Of a DNA stretch of 64,000 bases, positions 46,035 through 57,784 are shown one piece after another. Numbering within the stretch: position 1 is the stretch's first letter; each line of letters opens with the position of its first letter. Under the pieces are notes generated by a model. The model was not told the DNA's origin. It saw only the letters and a list, made by a program, of their open reading frames with translations, and made no database searches. Both the position numbers and the translations under genes were made by a program. This DNA is from an uncultured Gemmatimonadales bacterium (GTDB taxonomy: Bacteria > Gemmatimonadota > Gemmatimonadetes > Gemmatimonadales > Gemmatimonadaceae), in contig CAWISX010000019.1 in the NCBI GenBank assembly GCA_963838855.1, positions 57,494 through 121,493 of the forward strand. Direction: 5' to 3'.

Positions 46035-47363
46035 TCACAGGCCATATTGTCTAATCTTCTTGATTAGCGTCGCGCGCGAGATTGCCAGCTCGCGCGCGGC
46101 GTGAGTGCGGTTTCCTTCGTGCACGTGCAATGTTCGTTCGATGTGCAGACGCTCGACCTCTACTAGCGACTTGGGGATGTGATGGTCCACGCTCGTACTG
46201 GTCGCCTCGCGTACATCCTGTGGCAGATGCGATAGTCCAATTGTCGGCTGGCCGCGCGCCATCATCATGGCGCGCTCGAGCACGTTTCGCAATTCGCGGA
46301 TGTTTCCTGGCCACGGGTAGTGCAGAATCCGATCGAGCGCATCGTCGCTGACCTTGACCGGCGCGTCCGGAAGCATCGGTTGCAGCTCGTCGAGCACGTG
46401 TGCAACCAGCTCGACCAGGTCTTCGCGCGAGCGCGCGCGGAGGGGCGGGAGATACACCGGCATGATGTTCAGCCGGTAGTATAGGTCCTCCCGGAACGCA
46501 CCCGCGGTTACTTCGTTCACGAGGTCTCGGCCCGTGGCTGCGATGACGCGCACATTGGCCGCGATATCTCGAGTGCCGCCAGCTCGTCGAAAGCCTTTCC
46601 CCTCGAGCACGCGCAACAGCTTGGGTTGCAAGTGGGTGTCGAGGTCCGCTATTTCGTCGACGAAAAGCGTTCCCCCGAGCGCGACATCGAGCAGGCCCGT
46701 CGTCTCCCCCGCCTCACCACGATCCGTGCCGAACAGCTCGGCATCCAGCAAGCCATTGGATGATTTCGCGCAATTCACGTCCACGAGCGGATTGGGCGCC
46801 CTCGCCGAGTGCGCGTGAATGAGCTCCGCCACTCGCCTTTTCCCCGACCCGCTCTCCCCGATCAATAGAACGGTCGTCTTGTCCGCTGCCGCCAGCATCT
46901 CTATCTGGGACAGCAACTCGCGCATCGGAGCAGAGGACCCGAGCAGCACCGGAGCGGTCGCATGGCCGAGCCGCGAGGCCAGGTATGCGTTCATTTGCCG
47001 AAGGCGGGCCTTCTCGAAGGCACGCTCGGCCACCGCGCCGAGATGTGGCAGCTCGATCGGCTTTATCAGGAAGTTTTCGGCCCCGCGCTGGATCGCCTGC
47101 ACCGCGAGGGGCACGTCGCCATACGCCGTCATCATGACGACGGCAGCGTGTCCGTGACAGATCTCGTCGAGCACGTCGAACCCGGTCATGTCGGGCAGTC
47201 TCACGTCCAGCAGCACGAGGTCTGGGCGGGCGCGCTTGACGGCGTGTAGTCCCTCGGTTCCGGTGTGCGCTGCCACGACGGTATGTCCGCCGGAGCGCTC
47301 GAAGTACAGACCGAGCGCCGACGTGATCGCGGGTTCGTCGTCGACAATGAGAACTGATGCCAT
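46035..47363 (-). CDS. NtrC-type response regulator (receiver + AAA+ bEBP core + Fis-type HTH) with a degenerate GAFTGA loop
   Basis: Receiver VLIVDDEP...LVLLDVRLPDMTG. Walker A GESGSGKRRVA. GGTLFVDEI, VRVIAATGRDL and WPGNIRELRN are present. The C-terminal HTH is RTHAARELAISRATLIKKIRQYGL. The GAFTGA position reads ELFGTDRGEAGETTGLLDVA. Confidence 0.85.
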   Translation of the reverse strand: MASVLIVDDEPAITSALGLYFERSGGHTVVAAHTGTEGLHAVKRARPDLVLLDVRLPDMTGFDVLDEICHGHAAVVMMTAYGDVPLAVQAIQRGAENFLIKPIELPHLGAVAERAFEKARLRQMNAYLASRLGHATAPVLLGSSAPMRELLSQIEMLAAADKTTVLLIGESGSGKRRVAELIHAHSARAPNPLVDVNCAKSSNGLLDAELFGTDRGEAGETTGLLDVALGGTLFVDEIADLDTHLQPKLLRVLEGKGFRRAGGTRDIAANVRVIAATGRDLVNEVTAGAFREDLYYRLNIMPVYLPPLRARSREDLVELVAHVLDELQPMLPDAPVKVSDDALDRILHYPWPGNIRELRNVLERAMMMARGQPTIGLSHLPQDVREATSTSVDHHIPKSLVEVERLHIERTLHVHEGNRTHAARELAISRATLIKKIRQYGL

Positions 47364-47382
47364 GTAGGCGGGACCGATTTCC

Positions 47383-48355
47383 TCACGACGTGAACCGTGG
47401 AACCAGAAGGCGAGCGGCGAGCGGCTCGACCGTCACCTCGAACGGTGTCGGTCCGAGCAGCTCCCCGTCCGCTTGAGCCGGACGAGGCGGGTCAGTCTCC
47501 ACACGGATGTGACGGCCCGCCCGATATATCATGCAGGGGTCGGCCCGAAAGTCCTTGCGCAGCAGCTTCGCCGCCACGCGCAAGGCATCCCGCGCCGTCC
47601 CTCCGGAGAAGACGCACAAGTCCAGTCGTCCGTCATCTTCGCTGATTCCGGGGCCGAGTTTTATCAGGTTGTTCAGCACAGCGCCAAAATTGGCCACCAT
47701 GACCGCGGTCGCCTCGCCTTCGAGAACCTCGCCATCCACGACTGCCCGCACATGGAATGCGTCTCGCCGCATGACCGCCCTGGTCCAACTGAGCACGTAG
47801 GCGAGGACTCCGGCGTGTCGCTTCAGCGCCACGAGATGCCTCGGCGATCATGGCAGCGTCGATCCCCGCCCCGGCCGCGAAGGCAAAGTGACGTACTGTC
47901 CCGCGGCCATTGGTCGAGAGCCGGCCCAGATCGACGTGCGCCTCGCCGCCGTCGAGCAGGGCCCGGACCGCACGCCCAACGCTGAGAGGTATGCCGAGCG
48001 TGCGGGCGAGCATGTTGCCGGTGCCACCGGGCAAAATGCCCACTGCCCGCCCCGTGCCGGCCAAGGCACCAACCACCTCCATAGCCGTCCCATCGCCGCC
48101 TAACGTGAATACGGCGTCGTAGCGGGGGGCAAGCGCGTCGGCCAGGTCCGCCCCGTGCCCCGGATGCTCCGTGAGCACGGCGTCACATTGCACCCCACCA
48201 GCCCGAAAGGCGGCCATTGCAGCGCGTCGGTATCGCGCCCCGCTTCGCGAGGCCGGGTTGACCACCAGAAGGGCCCGCCGACGTGAGCCGGTCAGAGCGC
48301 GCTCAGAACTGCCAGGTGTGAAAGAGATCGAGCCCCCACTGCCGTGGGGTGGCAA
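47383..48355 (-). CDS. diacylglycerol/lipid kinase family protein (YegS/BmrU-like), apparent frameshift near 47825
   Basis: N-terminal piece: ALLVVNPASRSG...FTLGGDGTAMEVV...ILPGGTGNMLAR (track ORF 47633-48355). C-terminal piece: LKRHAGVLAYVLS...DGELLGPTPFEVTVEP (track ORF 47383-47832). The start is uncertain. Confidence 0.75.
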
Positions 48356-51300
48356 CGAAGCTGCGCGAGATCGCGTTGCCGCAGTACAATGCCGTGGTGG
48401 CTGGCTCAGAGGCGCCGGCGATCGAGAAGTGAGACGTAAGCTGGTGCTCTACTCTCACCCCTATCTGGTCGGCAAACGTCGGAGTCGACGCGCCGCCGCC
48501 GCCCAGATTACACACGCCGAGGTCAGCACTCACGAAGGTCCGGTCGCCAATTTGCTTTCCGGCACCGATGCGCGACCCGCTCAAAGAGCTCAACAGCGTC
48601 GTATTCGCCGTCGGCGTGAGCTGCGAGTATCCGCCGGTCTGCACCTGTACGTAGTCGAAAAGCCCGCCAGATAGCTGTGACCCGATCGCCGTCCCCAGCG
48701 TGGGAAGGAACACGGAGGTCAGCGCCGATGTGTTGGTCCCATTGCCGACGTCGAATGACTGCTGGCCCGTGACCAGATAGCTGACGAGATCGGACTGCGA
48801 GAGCTGCTGCAAGCTGTCGGCGCTCGACAGCGTAACGGTCGGACGTTCCAGCGTACCGCCAAGCAGGACGCGGATGCTGAGTTCCGGCTTGACGTCAGCC
48901 GCGTTGCTTTGGGGCTGCCGCACCGTGTGTATCGCCGAGATGTTGAGCTCGGGTTGAGTTCGGACTCCCCGTGAACCGCAGCGTTCCCGGTTGATCGACG
49001 ATGAACGTCCGCTGAACGATTCCCAGATCGAGCCGGTAGTCGCCCCGAGTCGCGACGAGCGTGCCCGCCAGGGTTAGCGCGCGGCTGGAATCCCGCCCGG
49101 TCGGCGCCGTCGTGACCGTTAGCGGACCCAAGGCGGTCGAAAGATTGATGTTCGCTTCAGACGACTTCAGCCACACATCCTGTCCTAGTGTCACGCTCAC
49201 GTTGTCGAGCGTCAGGCCTTGCACGAGTCGAGGGGGCGCCGCGGGCAACAACTCGCGATTGATCAAGAGCGAGGTGTCTACGACGTTGAAAAATTCAGGA
49301 TCGTCGAGATTGATCACCTGCTTCTGCGAGATGTCCGGGATGAAAATGCTCCCGCGCACCACCTCGACGGACGCCGGTCAGCCTGGACCGACTCTCCTGT
49401 CCCACTGAGATGCAGTGGCGCGTCGGCGGGCACAGATACTTCCAGGTCCGCGAGCCGGGCCTTGTTCAGCGCGTGAAACGCCGAGGCCGTCAGCGTCACA
49501 TCAAACCGCGGGTCGGACGGATCGGCGAACGTCAGCCACCCGTGGAGCACGGCCTGCCCCTGACGGTCTTGCGTAACCGTCGCCGCAGAGAGATTTCGGA
49601 TGGCGAGACTGTCTCCCGTGAGATGCAGATCCGCGTTCATTTTCACCAGCCGAACCCCCAATCCGGAAAAGCCCGCCTCGGCGTTGCTCACGCGGATGTC
49701 GCCCGCGAGGGCCGGATGTTTAGGCGTGCCGCCAATGTCCACATTCGCGAAGAAACGGCCTTTGGGATTGCGCAGCGTCGGGAAGATCGTCGCGAGCGCG
49801 CCAAACTCGGTGCTGTCTGCGTGCACATTTCCCGAGAGCGAGTCGTCCAGCGCCGCACGCGGCATTGACACGAGCGTAAGGTCTATCGGGATAACGACCA
49901 GGGCATGAATCGTGGTGTCGCCGCGCTGCAGGAGATCGCCGTGCAGTTGAAGGCGCTGCCGGTCGTAGGCCCCATGGGCCAGGACGGTCTCGAGGCGCAC
50001 ATCACCGAATTGCGCGCCGGAGAGCCGTCCCTCCATTCGCATTGATGGCGACTCGCGCGCACCGGCGATGGTCCAATCGAGCGACGCGAGTCCGCCCCAC
50101 GGCGAGCCCGATTGCACGAGCCTTCCGACATCCGCGAGCGGCACGCTGTCGGCAAAGAGGCGCACGAGCGAGGACCCAAGCACGGGGATGGTCCCGCGAA
50201 CGGTCACGACGCCGCTGACCGCCGCACGAATCGTCAGCGGCTCAATGACGACACCGGCCGAGTCACTGTGCACGCGTCCGGGTCCAACCAGATGCCAGGC
50301 GTTGGTCGGTGTGTACAGAGCGAACGTGTCGAGCGTTACATCTCGCGTGCCCGGGCCAAGCACCATGCCGCCTGTTGCGGCCAGACGCGGCCCTTCGTTC
50401 GGGCTTGTCGCGGTCACGCTGAATTGCGCGCGGCCACGGCCTTGAAAAAGCGCGGTTATGGACGCGCTGTCGAAGGCAACTCCGTGCGCGAATGCGGCGG
50501 CGTCGAGATCCGCGCGCGCGCTACCGCGCGCGTCACCCAGGATGTCCGCCACGTTGAACGTCGACGCGAGTGTGCGTACGCGGGTGCCACCGCTGCGCAG
50601 GTTGGCGCCATCGAGCGTGCCCGACAGCGACAAGGAATCGAGCCTGCCACCTGCGGTTGCGGCCACTCGTAGCGTGCCGCTCAGCGTGTCGCGGGCCAGC
50701 GTGTCGATCATCAAGAGGTGGCGTAGGCCGCCCAACGAATCCGCCACGAGCGTGAATGCGAGCGAATCGTTCGTCCCCGTGACCAGTCCCAGGCCGCCGC
50801 CAGATGTCACGTCAAAGGATCCAACCGCGGACTCGACGCGCATCGTATCGACGGTTACGCGTCCTCCGCCGAACTGCAAGCGTGCCCGCGCGCTCGTCAC
50901 GCCAATTCCGTGGACCGAAGACGAATCCACGGATATCGCAGCGTGTCCGGTGAACGTTGAAAGCGAGGTCCCGCGATAGTCGCCGGTCAAACGCGCCGTG
51001 AGATCAGATTGCGGGAGCGTGGAATGGCCGGTTACCGCACGCACGTCCGCGTGAGCCAGAGTCACTGTTCCGCTTGCGTAATGCCACGGTCCTTCCAAGC
51101 TCGCCTTTCCGTCAAAGCCGATCGTCCCAGCGTCGCCGTCCAGATCTGTGGAGACATCCATGTCGGCAAGCGTCCCACTAACCGCCACCGGCCCGCTGAA
51201 AGAGCCGCGCAGCCACAAGTCGGGATACGACCGAGCGAGCGTGCTGAACGCTACGGGATCTGCGCGTGCGTTGATGTCGTACGTGGTCCCGTTGTCGCCC

Positions 51301-52832
51301 AGCGTGATGTGTCCGCTTCCTATAAGTCGCGTCGGGTCGCCGTCCCCGTCGTAGTGCGAGAGGTCGGCGTCCCGAATGCGCACGTCGTCCCATGTCGAGT
51401 CGAGGGTGGCCGTGCCCGCAACGGTCCCCTGGAGATGACCGAGATCAGGGTTGACGTACTCCGGTGTCCGGAGGTCCAGCCGGTGCAGCGTCAAGTGAAA
51501 GCTGTGGAACTGCGTCTCGCCGGGATTGAGGACATCGAGCTCACCCGAGCCGGCGGCGCGGGACACTGCTCCGGGTACGTGCGCGTCGTGCAGTGTGAGA
51601 TCGACCGTGTCGGTGCGAAATCTCGGAAGCGGTCCGCCGGGACCTCGCACAAACCCCGTGAAATGGCCCGCCCAGTCGTACGGAAATGGCTTTCCGCTGA
51701 GCGTTCGGATGAGGGCGAAATCAACCGGGTCGGCCTGCACCGCCACATCGCGAATGGCGAGCGTCGGGCCACCTACCGTGAACATCATCGTCCCACGTAG
51801 TCGGGAATCGGTCGTCCGTACGTCGATGTTGGTGAGTCGATAGTCGATAACGTGAGGATTGCGCTGGCTTCGGATATCAATGGTCGCTCGTCCTCCGCCA
51901 GTGCGGGGCAGCGTCGGGTACACCCACGCGATGTCGGCCAGCGATACGGTGTCCCCAACGAAATGCAGCGCATAGGCGAGAGGCCGGCCTCGTCCCCACC
52001 AAACCTTTCCGCCACCGTGCGCCGCCGACCCGGGCATTTCCACGTGTGGCAGCGCGGCAAATGCCGTGTCACCAATGATGTGCACATTGCCACGCGCCGC
52101 GCGAAACCGGAAAGGCGGATCGGAGATGTCCACATCCATGTGCGCCAGCTGAAGACCGATCCCCACGCTGTCAGGATCCGCAATTCGCACGAACGGGCTG
52201 CGCAAGTTCACGTTAGTGAAGCTCAGGGTCCGCATGAGGCCTTCGGTCCAGCGGCTGACGCCGCGATTCGGATCGCGCATGACGACGGCTATCTGGCTAT
52301 CCCGTTGAGCAATCCGCAGCGTGTCATCGGGATCCCACGGAGCGCTGTACTGCAGCGCAGCGCCTCTCACATCTACCGAGTCGAGCACGACGTAATCGCC
52401 CAACCCGCGTGCGGCCGAGTGGCTGCGCGGCCCCAGGCTCACGACGTGGTTGAGGTTCCACGTGTCATCTCGGTGGTGGATGAGCTGGACGTACGGGTGC
52501 TCGATCGACACGCGCTGGACCAGGATGCGGCGGTCGAGAATGTCGCGCGGGTCATATCGCGCGCTGATAGGACCGCTCGCGAGCAATACGAAGCCCTGCG
52601 GGTCGACGACCTCCAGCGAGTCGATGCTGATGTTGGTGAACAGATTGCCGGACAGCCGCCCGATGTACAGATGGCCATGGATCAGATGGCCAAGCTCGGT
52701 CATTGCCAGCGTACGAAGGCGCTCGCGTCCAATTGCGGTCTGCGTAAACGCCGCCACGCCGCCGATGATGGCGACACCGATCGCAAGTAGCACGATCGCG
52801 CTGACACTTGCGACGACGCGCCGACGGCTCAT
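48303..52832 (-). CDS. tamB: translocation and assembly module subunit TamB (~1500 aa), two apparent frameshifts
   Basis: N-terminal anchor (VVASVSAIVLLAIGVAIIGGVAAF), then a very long beta-rich body (track ORF 49314-52832). It continues in track ORFs 48895-49362 and 48303-48923, which hold the DUF490-type C-terminus. Breaks lie near 49370 and 48953. It is adjacent to tamA. Confidence 0.85.
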
Positions 52833-52848
52833 TGAGTTGGCTGTTTCA

Positions 52849-55177
52849 TCAGAACGCCTGACCGATGGACAGGTTCAGAGTCAGGCGTTGAAAAAATCCC
52901 GAAAATGGCAGCGGGTGATAGGTCGCCGGACAGGGTGGGCTTGTATTACTCTGCAGTTGATCGGCCGGCGGCACGCCAGGGCTCACGCAATACAGGTTGG
53001 CCTTGCGGTCGGGTCCAACAGGAGGGTTGTAATACGCCGGCCCGCCTGGCCTGCCGTAGGGATCGTAACCGACATCCACGCGAATGGGACCGACGGGCGA
53101 GAACGCTCGTAGACCAAGTCCCGGCGTCCACTTGAGCTCATGCAGGACGAACCGGACCCCGCCTGTCGTGTCGTTCCAGACCTCTCCCCCGTCGTAAAAC
53201 AGCGTCCATTGGAGCAGTCGCGAGAGAAATGGGCTGCGCACGCGATACTCGATATTAGCGACGATCGAAGAATTGCCGCCTTCGGGAATGACGTGCTCGC
53301 CGTGCGCAGCGTTGGCCACGTACCCCTGTCCTTTCACGCTGTCCACGACATTCGGCAAGTAGGCAACGGGACCCAGCTCGTTCTGGGGAAATCCACGAAC
53401 AGTTGTCGGGCCGCCGGCGTACAGACGCTCCTCCGGCGGAATGAACAAGCTCGATCCGGCGACCCGGGTACCCACGACCGCGCCGATCCGAAGTCGCGCC
53501 GCGAGCACACCCGTGCCACCAGCCGGAACGTACACTGCAGCATCGCCAACCCCCTTATTGAACTGCTGTTGGGGATCGGACCCGATTATCGTCGATGCGT
53601 GCCGCAGCTCGATGCTCGCCAGGGATCCCTGATCGGGGTTCTCGAAATCGCGCCGCCCGTCGCGCACAATCGTTCCGCTCAAGACCGCGAGCCGCCGCTC
53701 TTGCTCCGCCCGCATCTCGGTCGTCTTGAGTACACAGACTGAAGACGACGCAGAAGAACGCCGGCTGCGCCGTGGTCTTTCCGAACTCCAGTCGATACCC
53801 GGGAGTGAAGGTCACGGTACGGCTAAGCTGCCTTGTGAGAGTGGCCGTGGCGCCGATGGGCGTGGACCGCACGTAGGCATTGAATTCCGACTGCCGCGCG
53901 CTGAACAGAGTGAGCGTTGGCGCCAAGGGCAGGCCGAACAACAAAGGTGACCGCAACGACGCGCTCACACCGTAGTTGAGCGTGTCGCTGTATAGATCGG
54001 TCCGCGCCTCCGGACATAGCCCCGGCGCAAAGTTGAACGGGTAGCCTATTCCAATCTTGGTAACGGTCCCGTTCAGGCGAAGCTCGCGGGCCTCGTGCAG
54101 GAAATTGCGATCCGTGTATTGCGCTTGGGTGCGAAAGCAATCGAGAGTGCCCCACCCAGCGCCGACGCGCGCCGAATGCGTGTATCCCTCTACCAGCTGC
54201 GCGGCAAGATCGACGGTAGTGTCCGGTCGCGAGTTGGCAGCCGTCGTGTCGCCACGCGCCACGTCCGCAAGCACTGCAGAGTCGGCAATCGCGCCGACCG
54301 CTACATGCTCGTAATTCTGGGTCTGATTCAAATTGCGCTGAGCGGATGCCAGATCGTTGAGGCGAAAGGGGGCGCCTTCCTTGAGGCGCATGAGTCGCCG
54401 CACGACGTTGTCTGGAATCTGCTGAGTCTCGCCCCGGCGGGGCGTGACCGCGACGTCGATCTTCCCGATGCGGGCGCGGGGTCCGGTCACCGCGACAAAC
54501 TCCACGGTGGCCACTCGACGGGCCGAATCACTGGAAAACGTGCGCAGCACATCGGCGTAGGGGTATCCATTGTTTCGAAGCCGAAGGCGCAGCGTGTCGC
54601 GCGTCGCGTCGATCGCGTATTTGTCGAACCGACCGCCCAGTCGAACGGGGAGGCCTTTCGTCAGCCGGGCCCTGTCGTCGAGCGGCACGGAGCTAAGACC
54701 TGCTATCGTGAGCGAGTCGATCAGCGTCGGCGGCCCTTCTCGTATGCGAAACGTGAGGTCGGCTACCAGGGAGCGCACGCTGCGCGTGGACGTATCGACA
54801 GCCACGCGCGCAAAGCCGTGGTTACGGTAAAAAATGATCAGGCGCAGTCTATCCCGCGCGAACTCGGTTCGATCGATGCACCGCCGCGTGCCGATAAAGC
54901 CGAATACGCGCCTCGCCCAGCTCGACGGGCTCGTAACAATGGCGTTCTCGAGGTCGTCGTCACTGAAAGAGCGGTTGCCTCGGAACCGCACCCTGCGCAC
55001 TTCTGTATCGCCTGGCCCACACCTCGTCGCTTGTGCGAACAATGGAGCCGCGGTCGCGGCGGCACTCGCAGCGGCCGCGAGTGCGAGAGCGAGGTAGAGT
55101 TTGGTGAGCGGGCGCCCGGCGCGGATTACTTCACATCGCGTTGACGAGGACCGTCCCCGCGCCCTCGCGCTTCGCAC
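52849..55177 (-). CDS. tamA: Omp85-family outer membrane protein, TamA-like (POTRA repeats + beta-barrel), apparent frameshift near 53722
   Basis: Track ORF 53555-55177 holds the signal peptide plus POTRA-like repeats (VRRVRFRGNRSFSDDDL..., IDSLTIAGL..., IGKIDVAVTP...). The barrel continues in track ORF 52849-53715 and ends in the aromatic terminus ...LNLSIGQAF. Confidence 0.85.
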
Positions 55178-56073
55178 GCCGCTTGGCGTCGGCCGCCAAT
55201 GCCCCTAAATGGCTGATCGAGACCCAATGCTCGGGGCGCACTGCTACGACGGCGGCCGACATCTGCGCGATTGGAAAGCACCGGATCACGCCGTCTCGAT
55301 CAACGCCGGCGAAGGCTCCGCGCTCGAGCGCTTCGTACCCGACAACCCGGGCGATGACCTCGCGAAAGCGTTCGGTGCTGTTGCGCACAACGAGCTCGGC
55401 ACGGGTCGTCCTCGTAACGACGAGAAAATCGTCGCCGCCCACGTGCCCGACAAAATCCAGCGCCTCACCTGGGATCTCGGGCTCGTTCGTGCCGGTCGCG
55501 ACGGCGTCCAGGATTGCCGACCCCGTGCCCTTGATGACCGCATCGGCAGCCGCGAATCCAAAAGTGTCGGCGAAGGGCTTGAAATGGTCGATGTCCAGAT
55601 AGCAGACCGCGAACGTGTCGTCCCGCTCTATGCGGCGCAGAATCTCTTCCTCGATGGCGCGCCCGCCTGGCAGCCCGCTGGTGGGGTTCCGATCGGCCTC
55701 CCGACGCACGAGTCGCAGCAGCGCCGTCACGCGCGCCCGTAGCTCGCGTGGATCAAACGGCTTGGCGAGGTAGTCGTCCGCGCCCGCTTCGAACCCCTCG
55801 ACCTTGCTCTCGATCTGCCCCTCGGCAGTGAGCATGAGCACGGGGACCCGAGCCGTGAACGGGTTTGACTTGACTACTCTACAAGCGTCGAGCCCGTTCA
55901 TTCCTGGCATCATTATGTCAAGAATGAGCAGGTCCGGCTCGCGCGCCTGCATAGCGGCAAGGGCAGCACGGCCGTCCGCAACGGATTCTACTTCATGGCC
56001 CGACGATCCCAGAAGGGCGCGCACCATATCGCGCATCTCCCGGTGATCGTCTGCGTAGAGCGATGTAGCTCAC
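55131..56073 (-). CDS. response regulator receiver + GGDEF-family domain (motif GGDDF); possible frameshift near 56060 at the 5' end
   Basis: Receiver ...LLILDIMMPGMNGLD...LMLTAEG. The output domain reads AVCYLDIDHFKPFADTFGFAAADAVIK...FVGHVGGDDFLVV. The track ORF starts at 56036 inside the receiver (..LYADDHREMRDM is in frame upstream but blocked by a stop). GTG 56073 (VSYIA) is in another frame. Confidence 0.75.
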
Positions 56074-56124
56074 GATTGACGCGTCGTGTACAAGGATTCT
56101 AAGTTCTCCCGCCCGCCCTTCGGA

Positions 56125-57765
56125 ATGTCAACCAGAAAACTACTCAGAACGCGTGAGACAACAGCGCGGCTGGCCGGCGCCCCGGCTGCCGTCGCTCTCG
56201 GGGGCTTGTTGGGTCTCGCCGCCGGCTCTTGCCGGGGCGGGGATGCCGGCCCCCAACGGCATACGATAATCGACTCGCGCGATACGTACGACCCTCGCTC
56301 GCTGGACCCCGCGCACGCGAACGATATCCCCAGCGGCCGCCTGGTCGCCTACCTGTACGACGGGCTCCTGCGATTTGACCCCGACGGCTCGCTCCAACCC
56401 GACCTGGCATCACGCTGGGAGACATCGGCCAATGGCCGAACCTACACGTTTCACCTGCGGCACGGCGTAAAGTTCCACAATGGCACGCAGTTCAACGCAG
56501 ACGCCGTGGTCCACAGCTTCGCCCGCGCGCTCGCGCCGGAAACTCACGGCGTCCCCCTGTGGCCGCTGCTCCCCATTGCCGGCGCCCGTGAATTCGCCGC
56601 AGGGGCCGCGAGCAAGCTATCCGGCGTCGTCGCGCAGGATGACAGCACCGTGACGATCACCCTCGGTGAGCCACTTGGCGTGTTTCCCAAGCTGCTCGCC
56701 ATGCCCGTAGCGTCCATCGTTCCGCCCTCCGTACCGCCCGGCGACGGCAGCGCGCTCAGCGAGCACCCGATTGGCACCGGACCCTGGCGGCTCGCGTCGT
56801 GGAAACATGATGACTACGTCCGCCTCGCACGCAACGCTGACTACTTCGGCGGCGCGCCGAAGATTGATTCGCTGGAGGCGCGAATAATCCCGGAGAAGAG
56901 TACCGCCGTTGCCGAATTCGAGAGCGGCAACGTCAATGTGCTGTACATCCCGGAGTCGGAAACGCGGGACTGGATCCAGACGGACGAAAAAAAAGCGCTG
57001 ATTCAATCGACACCCCCGCTGCGGCTCTGGTACATGGCCATCAACACGACACATGGTCCGCTGGCGGATGCGCGCGTACGGCGAGCAATGAACGAGGCAA
57101 TCGACCGACGGACGATTCTCGATCGAATGCTTTCTGGAAGAGGAGCTCTCGCCGCAGGAGTGATTCCGCCCTCGCTCCCGGGCGCCGATTCAGCGCGGAG
57201 AGCCTACCCGTATGACCCCGCGGACGCCAAACGGCTCCTCGCCGCCGCAGGACACGCGGGCGGCATCAACGTCGAGCTGTGGGTCTCGCAAGAGCCACCC
57301 TGGCCCCGCCTCGCCGAAACTCTGCAAGGATACCTGCAAGCCGTGGGCATCCGGGCGCGAATCGTCCAGCGCAATGCCTCGTCCATGCGAGAAGCCGCAC
57401 GCAACGGGAAGACCGACCTGGTGCTCAAGGACTGGTACGCCGATTACCCGGATGCGGAGAACTTTCTCTACCCGCTACTGCACTCGGCGAACGCCGGCGT
57501 CGGCGGCAACGTATCGTTTTACGCCAATACTGAATTCGACCGGCTCGTCAGCGCTGCCCGCAGCCAGACCGACGAGGCACGGCGCAGGGCGCTGTATCGG
57601 CAGGCGGACGAGATCGAATTTCACGACGCGCCGATGGTCTACTTGTTCTTCTACAATGAGTTGTATGCCGTGCAGCCGTGGATCACCGGATTTCAGGTTC
57701 CCGCGGTTTTCAACGCACAGCGCTGGATCGACGTCAGCTTTGGCGGAAATCCCGGTGCTCAGTAG
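56125..57765 (+). CDS. ABC transporter substrate-binding lipoprotein, family 5 (Dpp/Opp/Nik type)
   Basis: The signal peptide has a lipobox-like LAAGSC. YDGLLRFDPDGSLQPDLA and a ~500-aa SBP_bac_5-like body follow. I chose ATG 56125. Confidence 0.85.
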   Translation: MSTRKLLRTRETTARLAGAPAAVALGGLLGLAAGSCRGGDAGPQRHTIIDSRDTYDPRSLDPAHANDIPSGRLVAYLYDGLLRFDPDGSLQPDLASRWETSANGRTYTFHLRHGVKFHNGTQFNADAVVHSFARALAPETHGVPLWPLLPIAGAREFAAGAASKLSGVVAQDDSTVTITLGEPLGVFPKLLAMPVASIVPPSVPPGDGSALSEHPIGTGPWRLASWKHDDYVRLARNADYFGGAPKIDSLEARIIPEKSTAVAEFESGNVNVLYIPESETRDWIQTDEKKALIQSTPPLRLWYMAINTTHGPLADARVRRAMNEAIDRRTILDRMLSGRGALAAGVIPPSLPGADSARRAYPYDPADAKRLLAAAGHAGGINVELWVSQEPPWPRLAETLQGYLQAVGIRARIVQRNASSMREAARNGKTDLVLKDWYADYPDAENFLYPLLHSANAGVGGNVSFYANTEFDRLVSAARSQTDEARRRALYRQADEIEFHDAPMVYLFFYNELYAVQPWITGFQVPAVFNAQRWIDVSFGGNPGAQ

Positions 57766-57784
57766 CGGCTGAGCGCTCACGACC

